NCBI GenBank assembly: GCA_020891255.1
Contig: BQFW01000011.1
Location: 496,001 to 560,000, forward strand
DNA length: 64,000 nt
Direction: 5' to 3'
From: Entomortierella parvispora E1425
Lineage: Eukaryota; Fungi; Mortierellomycota
Of this stretch, positions 1 through 12,236 are shown in pieces (position 1 is the first letter of the stretch; every line of letters begins with the position of its first letter). The notes under the pieces are model-generated. The model was not told the DNA's origin, ran no database searches, and was given only the letters and a program-made list of their open reading frames with translations. A program made the position numbers and the translations under genes.

Positions 1-16
1 CACCATAAACATACGA

Positions 17-1045
17 ATGCCAGCTTCAGTTGTCGGAAAATATCTCAGGAACAGAGCGCCTTTGATCGCGGCTATCCTCTTGATCGAGTGCCTTGCTATC
101 GTTTGGTTCAAAGGCCCTTCTTCCTTCTCCATCCCATCACCATCACCATCACCATCATTAGCAACATCCACCAGCTCCATACTGACCAGGAACAAGGCCA
201 TCAACAGGAACGTTCCGTTGGCCCTAGGACTTGAAGATGCGACGACACCTCTTCCCTATCATCGATACACGCAATCGGTCCTCCGGAATCCCGCTCGCAA
301 ACAAACAAAGTCAACTACTATTCGTACAATTCATCACAAACAAGCGCAAGTACCTCAGGCATCAAATGGAATGGAGCAATCGAAACTGTCGCAGAAACGA
401 TCGTTGCTTGAGGCGTCACCTCTATCGCTACGAAGGCAGGGGAAAACACACCGTGGTGGACCTCGCCGACTACAAAAGCAAGAACAAGAACAGAAGCGGC
501 AACCATCCAAGATAGCGGCGGTGGATACTCCTAAGCGTGTCAAGACTGAGCAGGTTCATCGCAAGGGTAGCCAGCGTGGATCAAAGAAATCAAACATGGA
601 CGAAAAGCACAGCGAAATATCAAAATCACAAGAAACGGTCTCGGCAACTTTTGCTTCCCAAAACAGGCAGAAGAAACGACCCTTGACCAAACAAGAGAAA
701 AAATCGTCCCAATTGATCCCAGTGATGGACGAGGAAGGCGAGGCGATCAAGGACCATTTCGTATCGCCCAGAGACATTGACGGGGATGGCACTCCAGACT
801 CTTATGTCTTGCTTCGCCCCGCTATGGGAAAGCAAAAATATATGATGGACGTTGGGCTGTTTGATGAGACACTTATCCACACGTAAGATAATACCACACA
901 GAACCATTAAAAAAAGAGCATCCAAATCCATTTCTCCTTGCGTAGAGACCCAAGTTTAATACATATGCTCCGTCAGTCAGGTAGCGTTGAGTTCTTCGGT
1001 ATCCTGCTTCCCGACCGGAGGTCAAAGGAATATCGTTCTATATAA
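17..1045 (+). CDS. Hypothetical type II membrane-anchored protein, probably join(17..883,946..1045)
   Basis: 289-aa ORF with an N-terminal hydrophobic segment (PLIAAILLIECLAIVWF), a Lys/Gln/Ser-rich stalk and a DIDGDG motif. The GTAAGA donor at 884 and TAG acceptor at 945 give an in-frame second exon (TDPSLIHMLRQ...EYRSI*). Confidence 0.55.
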
Positions 1046-1123
1046 TATTTGATCTATTCCAATGCCCTTTATCCGCGCCTCATCCAGGGTTCAAGGACAA
1101 CAAACCTCCTCTACCATGGGTCC

Positions 1124-2609
1124 TTAGGCATCCTCATTTCCGTCTCCCTGCCACAGTCCATAGCGTTTTCCTGGTGTGGTTTGCCAGAGACGGATAGTAC
1201 CGTCTTCCGAGCCAGTAGCGTATAATTCGCCATCAGGGCTGTAACTGACAGTGTGGACTGGTCCATGGTGACCCTTGTACACCTCAAGCTCACGGCCAGA
1301 CTCAAAGTCGTAGATGCGAACCCAGAGATCAGACGAGCCTCCGGCGACAAAGCGGGTATGGTTAGGATGCAAAGACACCGCAGAGACATCGTACTCGGTC
1401 TTGATGTGCTTTCTTAATGTGTATCTGTTTCAAAGAATCAAAACAATAACCTTTTCAGCATTCCGACATGCTTGGTCCATAGATAGCGACTTGACTGAAC
1501 ATACTGATACTTACGTTTGAGCATCCCAGAAGTAAACGGATTTGCCAGTCGTTGCGGTAATATATTGTCCATCTGCTGATAGCTCCATTGATGCAATAGG
1601 TCCGTCCATCTTGCAGGAGTGCACTTGGTTGAATGTGCGAGGATCCAAGACTCTACAGTAGCGCAATAGCACAGTGGCACAAATCAATTAGTGTCAAAGC
1701 ATAAAGGTACGCGCGCAAGCCCATAGATGTCAAACGCTGCTTGTACCTGATCTCTGTATCTTCGCCAGAGCTGAGGATCATATTCCTTGGCCCATCCCAG
1801 ACTACATTTCTGATAACGGAGGAATGGCCTTCGTTGGTCAAGAGGGCTTGTCCTGCCATGTCCTCCCGGTTCAAATCAAAGATTCTCAGTTTCTTCTCCA
1901 TGCCTCCCGTAACAATACGACTTCCGTCACCAGAAAAGTCACCAGCGCGGACAATATGTTGATGTGGGAAAGAGTGCAAGATATCGCCTGTGTATGTATC
2001 CCAGACCTTACTAAATGATCCAAGACGAGTGACAAAAGGAGCAAACAGTTAGTCTTGTGTCCAACTCAGGGGGATCAAAGGAACCAATGAAAGCATAAAC
2101 TCGGTCGGGAGAGATAGAGTCGACCAAGGTGTGTGCCACAACAAGATCGCATGGTTCCACCCAATATTGTCTCTGAAGGGTAGGAGGGCTTCTCCGGACC
2201 AGCCCAATAGGCATTGTTCAAATCGTCAGAGCAGCATACTTACGCTGTGAAGTCGGCCGACGCAGTGACAGCCTTTGTGACATCAGTGCTCATGCGTGCG
2301 CTCCAGACAGCACCCTTGTGTCCAATGAATGTTCCAATCCAGTCTCCTGTCTGTCCATCTCGAAGCATGGGGTTTCCATCTATTCATCCAATGCCTGTGT
2401 TAGCCACTGGATTCTAGACGCGCGAACTCTCATCGGAAACAACCCAAGAAAAGTAAAGTGGTAAAGGTACCATTTCACTCACCTTTGCATGCGCTAATCA
2501 TGTAGTAGGAACCATCAGACATGACCCTAGAGAACTGAAGGTCGACCACGGGGCGGGTGTGCCCTGAACAGGTCAAGGGGATGGCACGGGGAGTAGAGGC
2601 CATGGCCAT
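1124..2609 (-). CDS. STRAP: Serine-threonine kinase receptor-associated protein (STRAP/UNRIP), WD40 repeat; exons 2609-2483, 2379-2244, 2010-1747, 1652-1515, 1424-1124 (321 aa)
   Basis: Family-typical segments: [79 protein letters not shown]. All introns are GT-AG and the exons sum to 966 nt, in frame. Confidence 0.93.
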
Positions 2610-2868
2610 GGTGCGATGGGGTGGAGGAGGGGAGGAGGAGGAGGAGGATGGAGTAGGGAGGTGTAAAGGAGAAGACGAGCCCACAAGGCGCTTCAAGGGG
2701 TTCCAGCGCGCCCAGGGGGTGCGAGGGGAAGGCAAGAAGGGTGTGCAGCACTTGCGATTCGGAAGGTACAGTGACAAGGAAGCATCGCCTGGCTTTGATC
2801 TGCTCCATGTGGACTTTAGCCTCTCGACTCTTGTCCTCCATCGCCATCGCCATCCCCATCCTCGCACC
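2610..2868. promoter_or_regulatory. Putative bidirectional promoter between STRAP and CWC15
   Basis: The two start codons are head-to-head, about 260 bp apart. Confidence 0.55.
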
Positions 2869-3943
2869 ATGACTACCGCTGCTAGGTACCTAATCCGACA
2901 TTTCACTGCGCATCGCATTTTAGACGTATGATGTTATACGAGTCAAGACAGGAAATTGACCCATGTTTCCAACCATGATCAACTCTCTAGACCAACATTT
3001 GATCCCGCCCGTGGCAAGGGTAGCCAGGCACCCACACGTATCTACAGCGCACGCGATCTCGCTTCTCACACAAAGCTGAAGTTCAGGTATTTCCGCCGTC
3101 TTGTAACTTATTGCCTGTATCGTCTGTACTAGCATATCTTAAGATGAACGCTGACGACCGTTACACTTTTGTTTCTTCAACTTTGCAGACAAAGCGGACA
3201 GACAACTCAGGATGAACTTAATAGACTGGATTTGAAGGCTCAGTTACAAAAAGCTGAGCAGGACCATTACGAGAAGCTCAACAAAACTACAAAGCTGGCT
3301 GCTGGTCTTTCCAACTCATTCAAAGATAACGGAGATGACGATGATGAAGACGGATCAAATCACTACCAAGGCGCGCCTTCATCCACGCAAGCAGCCACAG
3401 AAGAAACGCCATTGGAGAGAAAGCGGAGACTTTTGAAGGAGGCTGAGAGACTGGACAAGGACGATAGCGACGACAATGATAGCGATAAGAGTGACGACGA
3501 CAATAGTGATAGCGATGACAGTGACAGGTAACATCGACAGTGAAATTTTTTCTGATTATATCCTCTTATTTTATCTCGCAGTGGTGCTAACAGTGCAATT
3601 CCTCTGAAAATTCAGTGATGACGACGAAGACGACACAGCAGAACTTTTGCGAGAACTAGAAAAGATTAAACGCGAGCGGGCAGAAGAAAAGGAAAGACAG
3701 GAACGGATTCAGCGCGAAGAAGAAGAGAAAGCACGGGAAGCAGAGGTTGCCGCAGGAAACCCGTTATTGCCAATGCCTGAGGCAGGACTTCCTAAGGATT
3801 TTTCTGTCAAGAGGCGTTGGGACGATGATGTGATCTTCAAGAACCAGGCACGAGGCATGGATGACAAACCCAAGAAGCGGTTCATCAACGATACGCTCCG
3901 CTCTGACTTTCATCGCAAGTTCATGTCAAAATATGTGCAATAA
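2869..3943 (+). CDS. CWC15: Pre-mRNA splicing factor Cwc15/Cwf15; exons 2869-2885, 2991-3086, 3189-3527, 3616-3943 (259 aa)
   Basis: N-terminus MTTAARPTFDPARG...RDLASHTKLKFRQ, an acidic middle, and C-terminus KRRWDDDVIFKNQARG...FINDTLRSDFHRKFMSKYV. GT-AG introns keep the frame. Confidence 0.95.
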
Positions 3944-3984
3944 AAGTCAAGTAGCAATTTATTTATGTACATTTGTTGTCTCTG

Positions 3985-4377
3985 TTATTCGATGTCAAAG
4001 GCGACGACGACACCATTCCCTTGTATCCGCTCTGCACCTGCGTCTTGCGAAAGTACTATTCCTGACTTTGTAGCAATTTCTCGAAGTTGCTTCTCCGGGA
4101 TAGACTTGAGGTCGATCCGGCGGGAGTGTATTTTGCCATCTTTTGGTAATCGAAGAGGACCGCGGAAAGCAAGTCCAGGAGTGGCGTGGATTGTCTCCAT
4201 GAGCAGATCGAAGGTCTTGTTGAGCTTTGTTGTGCTCTCGGACTGGACAGTGATAGAAAAGTCTGCTTTCAAGTCCAAGGGGGCAGCCGTCTCCGCTGTT
4301 GCTTCAGTTATCCGAGTTGTAGTCAGATTGGCGGGAGTGTTGGCAGAAGATGAAGCATCTGTGGTTGGTGACTCCAT
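3985..4377 (-). CDS. Divergent ribosomal protein uS10 (Rps20/S10/NusE)-like protein lacking the extended loop
   Basis: 130-aa ORF. FSITVQS..KL / LAFRGPLRLP / KIHSRRIDL / GVVVAF align with the uS10 core motifs (IRITLTS..QL, KGPVRLP, RIHKRYIDL, GVDVEV). The ~20-aa loop between RLP and IH is replaced by KDGK. Confidence 0.7.
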   Translation of the reverse strand: MESPTTDASSSANTPANLTTTRITEATAETAAPLDLKADFSITVQSESTTKLNKTFDLLMETIHATPGLAFRGPLRLPKDGKIHSRRIDLKSIPEKQLREIATKSGIVLSQDAGAERIQGNGVVVAFDIE

Positions 4378-6961
4378 GGCTCTTAATGCTCCTGTCTTCT
4401 AGCTACGAAAGCGGGATGTCTCTGGGTTCTTCAACGACGGCTGTGAATCGAAAGACTGATGTTGCGCATTCTGCAATTCTCAGTTGCTGTCTGTTCGCTG
4501 TGAGCGGGACGTGGGCTTGGGCGATTTCAGTCACATGACATTTTTTTCGTTTCGCCTAACGTTTCGAGTTGGTTTCCAGCTCGGGGATGGGCACACCCTC
4601 ATAACTCTGCGTAAAGATCGTGGGGCCAAGAAGGACTAGATCACATAACCGTCGTGTTCGAGGTCATTAGTTAGAGAATGAGTGCAATGCTCGTTTGGTA
4701 TCACGAGCTCTTTGGCGACATCCATTGTTCGCCGGAAAGGTCAGCAACTCCAGTTTTTAAAAGACATCCGCAATAAGCAAGTATGGAAATACTCCATGCA
4801 TAAGCACAGCAGAGTTGAAAAGAATTGCCAGTGGTTAGTGTCCACAGAGGGCGAGGGCGACAACAAACTCAGCTTGCCATGTTCAAGTCTTCGTCTTTAG
4901 TCAGCTGTTCGGCACTTTCGGTATGCAGTCGCCCAACCAACGACGATACTGCCGCTAGTCAGGTCGGAGAGGACGTTTGAGTCTTGAACATGATACTTCT
5001 GGAGGGACAAGAGGCCAACATGTTGTCTATCGAGATGAAGAGAATGAGTGCAGAATCCTAACAAGTCGCCAAGGTCTTGAAGACGGTTAGCCAAGAGTAA
5101 AAACTGTGCATGATCGGCATGAAGACAAACTATCGCTTTGGTGTGAATATGAACATTCAGCTGAGGTGAATACGGTGGTGTAGCTTAGATCTGCTGCAGA
5201 ACAAACCCTTCCTCATAACCCTGCCTGATCATAAAGGTGTTGGCCAGGGTCAAAATCGACGACGAGAGGGACACAGAGACGGCGAATCAAGAACCGGGTG
5301 GCCGAAGACCCGGTGAAAAACAAGACTTTCATAATGGTCACCAATAGCTCCAAGTAAAAGCTCCTGCAATTTACCCCTGTCGAGAAGAGCAGGAGAGGCA
5401 CCCAACGTCTACGGAGCGCTTTCAAGCAGAGAGGCGGCGACGCGACTGAAAAAAGATTCGGGACTGCCAAATCTCGCGTCTCGTCACTTTTCGAGAAATG
5501 GCGTGCTGTGCCATGCAAAGAAGAGACCCTTGACCCGTTCCTCTGGTGTAACCTGTCGTTCCCCCCTCTCCTTTGCTGGTAATGACAACGATGAGATAGA
5601 AGGCGAAGGATGTGAGAGAAATGCGCATTCTTATCAGTGCCCGCGCTTTTTCAGTCTCACCCCTCCCAGCAAGTAGCGTGCTTCTTGCCTGAAAAGTGGT
5701 CCAGGCACACAGTGCGCAGTGGTTGAGATTGAAGTCTCAAGGCTATAATAGATAGTTAGCTGTTTGAAAGTTGCTCCACTATGAGAAATTGTCCATAACG
5801 GATTTCAACTTCATGACGAGTGAGGGTCCCGATCGCCAACAGTGCGGAGGTGATGTATGGCAGGTATTGTGCGTAACGAGAATGTGGCCTAAACACAGTT
5901 TGGAAGGGAGAAGCGCTCGATTGTCCGACGTAATTCCCCTGTGGTGACCGCAATCAGCAATCGAAGTCACCCCTGCCTGTTGAGCTCAAAGCACACCATG
6001 GTTGATCGGGAAGGCATTCGCCTGCCACCATTGGCTGCGGGCAAGCAAATTGCTCAAGGTCACAGTCTGAACTTCAGCCGCCATCCACGAAGAAGAAACG
6101 AGGAGCTTCCTTTCCCATCCATAATCCTCCTTTGTCTTTTCCAACCCGAGCCATCCATCTCATATCGATCTGCGGGTCTTCACACTGGCCCTTTCTTCCC
6201 CCTGTTTCCTTGTTTTGAGCCTTTGGCCTTCATTCCCGGAATTGCCAAAGAACCAGCAATATCGTGTCATCGCAGGACCCTTTCCATTCACTCTCGCTCC
6301 CACCTTGATTGTGGTCTTGATCTCTTTCTCTGTTTCTTTTTCTTGTTTTTTTCCTTCTTTTTTTACCGTTCGCCCGTTTTCACCTGCCAAACCCTGTTGA
6401 TCTTCTCCCAGAGAAAATACAGGTCAACTTCCTTGCAGTCCCTTTTTATCGCTCTGTTTTGTAATCCTATCCCCTTGGTTGCACAAGGGAAACCAGAAGG
6501 AATACTTCCAGTTTTTTTTTGAAATATGAATCGTGTGCTCTTGACCGAAATAACATCATTGGAAGCCATGCCTTCGCCATTTTCGGCGTTTTCTCTCTAA
6601 TACAAACCACGCTTCTGTGAACGTCCGACATCCTTGTCCATCGCCCCTCCTTTTTTGTTTTTGTTTTATTTTGACTCCTTTCCTTCTCTCTTTCTATTTC
6701 TCACCTACTTTTTTTGACAATTGCTTTGCGCCATATATCCCGTCGTTGGATTCGCCCTGAACTCACTCCTCGATCCAACACTTCTCCTTGCTCGTGCTTT
6801 ATTTTGGCTCTCAAAACTCAAAGATCAGGTCAACTATTTGCTTGTCAGAAACCTTTGACTCGACGTTAAGCAGAATACAGCCTCTGTCTGCAGCAGTTTT
6901 CTAGAACCCACAAGGACGATTTCCGAAACACTTCAGTAGTCCAACAAACTGGTTTCCTTCA

Positions 6962-8564
6962 ATGCAACACCAACAATTTTCGCACGGTCAACAACAGCAG
7001 CAACAACAGCAACAGCAGAGCTCGCAACACCACCATCAACAGCAACATCAAAGACAGGAATCTTCATACCTGTCTGGTGGTCTTGTATCCGACTATCAAA
7101 GAGCGATGCAACAGTTCGATTCACTGCATGGATTCTTAGATAGTGGTAGGAAGTTTTTCCTCTCGGATTTCTGTAAATATTTGATAGACCTCGGACCTGA
7201 AAATTGGCCATTATTCTGCGCAAATAGATCCTAGATCCGCCATGCTTCAGGGGCAACAACAGCAGTCGTCTCATCAGATAACATTCGATCCAAGAGTTCA
7301 GCATCACCAGCAACATCAACAGCCTCACTCAAATTTGCCAGCGATCCAAGGTTATCATCAGCAGCCGGCATCCTCTGCCTACCTGTTATCCTCTTCGACG
7401 TCGGTGTCACATCTGCCGCTGAAAAATCGGAGCCGACATCACAGCGTCAGTACGGCTCATGGCTCCTCTCACTCGGCCCCTCAGCAGCAACAACTCTTAC
7501 CAGGTTATCAACAACAGCAGTATCAGCTCAGCTCTCAGTCCAGCGAATCAATTCAACGGGAAAGACTTCAACAACTCGAGGATGAGCTGGAGGAGTACGC
7601 ACAAGAGCTTGCAGATGAAAAACGGTTATTATTTCTTCAAAAAGATCACCACGCTTCAAATGACAGCCCCATGGATGAATACGATGATGAAGGCGACGGG
7701 GATTATGGAGATGAAGACGAAAATATGAACTACCCGAACGGGAACAGAGGAGGCATTAGGACCGATTCTGGAACACCCGGGACTGGTGGCAACAATACAC
7801 CACGTCACTCTGCCTCACCCTCACCGTCCTCACCGTCCTCACCGTCCATGACTTACACGCCCTCCGACATTGGAGGAAATGCCAGTGGTGAGTCTCTAGG
7901 CTCTCCCATTTCCACTTCGTCTCCGAGTACACCTTACTCCCCTGGAGCTGTCCAGGCCGAAGGAATGTCGGCAGCCGCAAAACAAGAAGCCGAAGATGAC
8001 AAGCGACGCAGGAACACTGCGGCTTCAGCCAGATTCCGACACAAGAAACGATTGAGAGAACAGATCCTGGAAAAAACGGCCCAGGAAATGACAGCCAAAT
8101 CAGACCGTCTGCAGGCACGGGTGCGGGAGTTGGAAATGGAAATCAAGTGGCTCAGGGGCCTTGTTGTCGAAAAAGATTCTAGGGGAACATTGAAAAGAAG
8201 TCTAGGCGTTTCGTTGGGTCTGACGTTGCCGACAGGGCCAACAACTGCCGGAGTTGGCCATGCTGCAACAGGCATCCCCAAAGGACCGGGAGGCACACCG
8301 TCAACTGTGGGGGTCTCTGCAATGTCGAATTTATTGTCGAGTTCATTGCCGGCTTCCTTGGCTTTGCCTTCTTTTGGGTCTCCAACCTCATACCTGAATC
8401 AACCCTCAGCCCTGCCCTTCGGCATGGATATCACCAACAGTGGCAGTAATGGTCCTTTTCCTTCGTCGACCATAGCTCCGAATGCATTGATCCATCAGGG
8501 TAAATCATCAGAGTCGGGACCCGCATCCAAGTCAGCATCGAGGAGAAGTAAAAAGGCACAATAG
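6962..8564 (+). CDS. bZIP transcription factor, Zip1/MetR/CYS-3-like; join(6962..7145,7228..8564), 506 aa
   Basis: Basic region and zipper EDDKRRRNTAASARFRHKKRLREQILEKTAQEMTAKSDRLQARVRELEMEIKWLRGLV match the fungal sulfur-regulator bZIP family. PolyQ N-terminus. An 82-nt GT-AG intron joins the two ORFs in frame. Confidence 0.85.
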
Positions 8565-9368
8565 TTTCCAAGCATCACATCCAAAGCATTTTATAAATTC
8601 CCTCTCCCAGTCCAAGGTTGGCACACGCTACCATACGCCGTGGAAGGAAAGAGGTTGGGCCGATTACCATGTTCCGTTCCGGATCAAGCCCATTTCCCCT
8701 GTCCGCCCCTCTTGTATGTGCATCACTTTATGATGGAAAATGTTACGTCAAGCAAATCTGTTCCTTATTCCTGCAAGGATCTCAGATTATGGTTTGTGGA
8801 CCTGCATCGGAAAGAGTTTCCACCCCTAGAATGAACATAGGCAGACATACGGTAGTAAATCGTCCATGGATCTCCTACATTAGGTACGATCATTTGTGTA
8901 ACACAAAGACACAACGCGTCTTTTGACCGGCCAAGAATCTCAAAGGTAGTCAGGCAACGTGCACTCCTGCTTCTCTGCACTGGCTCATGGCGGCCTGATG
9001 TCCTGCACCTGAGCTCATAATATTTTAAGAACGCGTTTCGGCCCTTCACTTTGTGCAGCACGGTCGAATTGGACGTAGACAGATGGCGGGTCCATGGTTT
9101 TCTCTTCAAAACAATAACAACAAACAAAAAAACAAAAAAACAAAAAAAGAATACTCCATACCTGCCGCCAGCCAAGGACCAACAGCACAAGCGGTAGCTC
9201 AGCGTAGAGTCTACTCTAGAGGGGACTATAGACCTTACAGGGGCAGAGAGTGTCCGAAGTTTCCCCAGGTTTTCACCCTTAGCGCAGCCATCTAGCACAG
9301 CCGCTATTGCAACTACCGCAGCGGAAGGTGCGGCCCAAACTCATAGTACGAGCGATAGTGTCCAATCG

Positions 9369-10109
9369 ATGGAACCACCCACAGCAAGAAGAGGAGTGTC
9401 CAAAGGCGAGCGACCTCTTCGTCTTAGATTGGGAGCAACACCTCGAGTGGCGAATCCCGCTCCCCTCGGTCTTTTAGCCTTCGGATTGTCTGCCTTCTCT
9501 ATGAGCCTGTACAATGCTCGAGCTGGAGGGTTAAGCGACAGCGCATCTACAAGTTTTCCAATCGTTACGGCGATGTATTACGGCGGTTTTGGGCAGGTAA
9601 GCAGGCACAGTGTTAACACGACTTTAATCAAGCAGCACTACGTTGAATATGATGGAAAAAAAATGAACAGAGCTCTTTCTGCCTTCCTCTATCTTGCTCA
9701 GATAATTACCATGACTGTTCGAGTTCAAAAACGGCAACATGTTCGGCGCTACAGCTTTCCTGTCTAATAGCCTCTACTGGCTTTCATTTGCGACGCATCA
9801 GATCCCATTTTTCGGATTGACCAACGAGACAGCAGCCTCTGTGACATTTGAATCCGATTAGAGGATTCATTCCGGATTCCTATCTCTCAGTTGGGCTCTT
9901 TTCACTTTCTTGATCTGGTCGTTGACGCTTCGATCTAATTTGGCCACATCGTTGCTGTTCTTTCTTCTCGGCACTGGATTTTTGTTGTAAACAGATCTCG
10001 CTGAGTGAGATTGGTGGGTAGGGTGATCATTGTCCTGACTGGCCTGGTCTCGTGGCACTGTGCCATGGCACAACTCAATCAACAAGGGTGGTCGAAAGCA
10101 GAGTATTAA
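9369..10109 (+). pseudogene. GPR1/FUN34/YaaH (acetate/ammonium transporter) pseudogene
   Basis: Contains the ANPAPLGL motif, YYGGFGQ, intron 9597-9701, then EFKNGNMFGATAF and WALFTFLIWSLTLRSN. It is disrupted by a +1 frameshift near 9714, an in-frame TAG at 9859-9861, a TAA at 9988-9990, and a further frameshift before the last helix (GRVIIVLTGLVSWHCAMAQL). Confidence 0.8.
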
Positions 10110-10322
10110 GAAGCATGAAAACAGTGGCAGCATGGATATCGAGGCCGATGCAAGAAGGGAGGAAAGAGAAGAAGAGCTGGAGGCGGTAGAGGAGATATTT
10201 TTCTTTTCCAGAATAAAATCCAAATCGAGATATTGAGTGAGAATAATTTCTAATTTTTTTTATATAGAGGGAGGACGTCCCCAAAATAAAAAAAACGCAA
10301 CGCTTCTCTCATTACCGCAGCC

Positions 10323-11867
10323 ATGAAAGACCATTCCACTACTGAAGGCAAGGAGGCAGGCGAGAATATTACGAGGGAGCTAGACAAAAAGACAATCGGT
10401 CCTAATCAATTTAGTCTTTGCATTCATTAGATGACTCGAATCTGTTGGTGATTGTCATTGACACGAACCCTTTCGAGTGGGAGCATTCCTCCGCACCTAT
10501 TAAGCTGAACGATGCTCTTCAGCATATTCTGACATTTATGAACGCACATCTTGCTGGTCGTCATGATAACAAGCTGGCAGTGATCGCAAGCCATGTAGGC
10601 GTTAGGTAGGTGCAGGTTAGATCAAATGGTGGTCAAGTGTATCTTGCCCTGTTCTAACATTGTTCTAACATCTTTCTTGCTTTATTGTAGCCAATTTCTC
10701 TATCCTACACTGAATGACCATATTCTCGGAAGCACGCAACAGACAGAAAAGGACGCCAACGTATACCAAAACTTCAAAGTTGTGAACGATGCGGTGCTGT
10801 CAGGCATCCGGGGACTGCTGGAAGATCATAGACCAACTCTAGAAGAAAAGGATCTCGGGTCCTCGAAGATTGCGGCATCTCTGTCACTAGGATTGTGCTG
10901 TAAGTTGGAATCCGGATATCTGAAAATGTCCCGTTTCCTTGGTGTAAAGGAGAAATGGTTCTTGCGCAGTTCCTGACTAAGAGCGCTGGATATTGTTCAA
11001 CTAGATATCAACCAGGCACTCAAGTTGGACGGGATGGGACATGTTAAGCCAAGAATTCTGGTTCTCACTGTGTCCCCCGACTCATCATCGGACTACATCC
11101 CTATTATGAACTGTATCTTTTCTGCACAAAAAGCGGTAAGGGCGATGGCTTGGTCCATTGTTTTGTCATCACACGCCACCAATTTTAATGGCCCTGAATT
11201 AACGCTTTTATCTTCAATAACAGAACATCCCCATCGATGTTTGCAAAATCTGGGGTGAGGACGCGGTCTTTCTCCAACAGGCGGCTCATATTACAGAGGG
11301 CATTTACATGCGGCCGAGCGACCCTGCTGGATTACTACAAGTGCTCATGGTAGGTTACATCCCACTTAAGATTTTGTGATATACGACTTACTTTGTGATG
11401 AAAAACCTGACATTCCTTCGCTTCCATCTTTCATTAGTTCTCGTTTTTGCCAGATATGTTCTCAAGGAACTATTTGTACCTTCCAGGACAGGACCAAGTC
11501 GATTTCCGGGCTGCTTGCTTCTGTCATAAAAAGATTGTAGATATTGGATACGTATGTTCTGTCTGTCTCTCCAGTAAGTGCTTGTATCCGTGGTTCAGGT
11601 GTGCTCTATTCTTGCTTGAGTTCGTTTCCTCACCAGTCATCGTTTCTGTGGTTTTCTCTAGTCTTCTGCAGTTTCTCTCCAGTCTGCTCTACCTGTCGGA
11701 CAAAGTTTGCCTTTCAACCGTTATTGTCCCAAGCAAGGCGCCTAGGAGCGAGAACTGCGGCGTCCAATCCCGGATCTCCGAAAACTAGCACACCCGGCAC
11801 ACCCGTAGGGACACCTACAAACCTAACATCTAGCGCAACCATGGCTATTTCTACGCCTTCTCAATGA
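10323..11867 (+). CDS. TFB4: TFIIH core subunit Tfb4 (GTF2H3/p34); exons 10323-10347, 10431-10605, 10691-10899, 11005-11135, 11224-11349, 11438-11573, 11662-11867 (335 aa)
   Basis: [37 protein letters not shown], and the C-terminal Zn motif [28 protein letters not shown]...CSTC. Exons sum to 1008 nt. The first intron is GC-AG. Confidence 0.93.
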
Positions 11868-12217
11868 GTGCTGATCACCACATCCGCATAACCACATTCG
11901 CAATCAGGAGACACGTTCATAATGCTTTTACGTCGCGACGCAAAGGCGAAAGGGCATGACGTGGTGGCCAAGGTCCATGGACAAGTTGCTACAGTTAAAT
12001 ACGTTTCATTCTGCTACTTGAGACGGATGTAATAAAGAAAGGTTGGACGGAAGGTGGTCTAGGCCATCCAAAGATCGTGGTCAGAATTTCCATCACAACA
12101 TTTTTAGAACAAAGAGTTCTTGCAGCGGTACAGAGGCATATATCGTTCGTGACAACAGGCAGAGCTCAACATCGTTTAGTCTGTGCGACGTCTGCGCCTC
12201 CAGCACGCTGAGCTTGC

Positions 12218-12231
12218 AAAAAAAAAAAAAA
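12218..12231 (-). terminator. Pol III oligo(T) terminator of the tRNA-like gene
   Basis: T14 run on the minus strand, 5 nt downstream of the tRNA-like 3' end. Confidence 0.6.
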
Positions 12232-12236
12232 GTATC

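Noticed and set aside
4400-6900. Several 60-190 aa ORFs between the uS10-like gene and the bZIP gene
   Set aside because: No motifs or consistent splice structure; the pyrimidine-rich sequence looks like promoter or 5' UTR of the bZIP gene.
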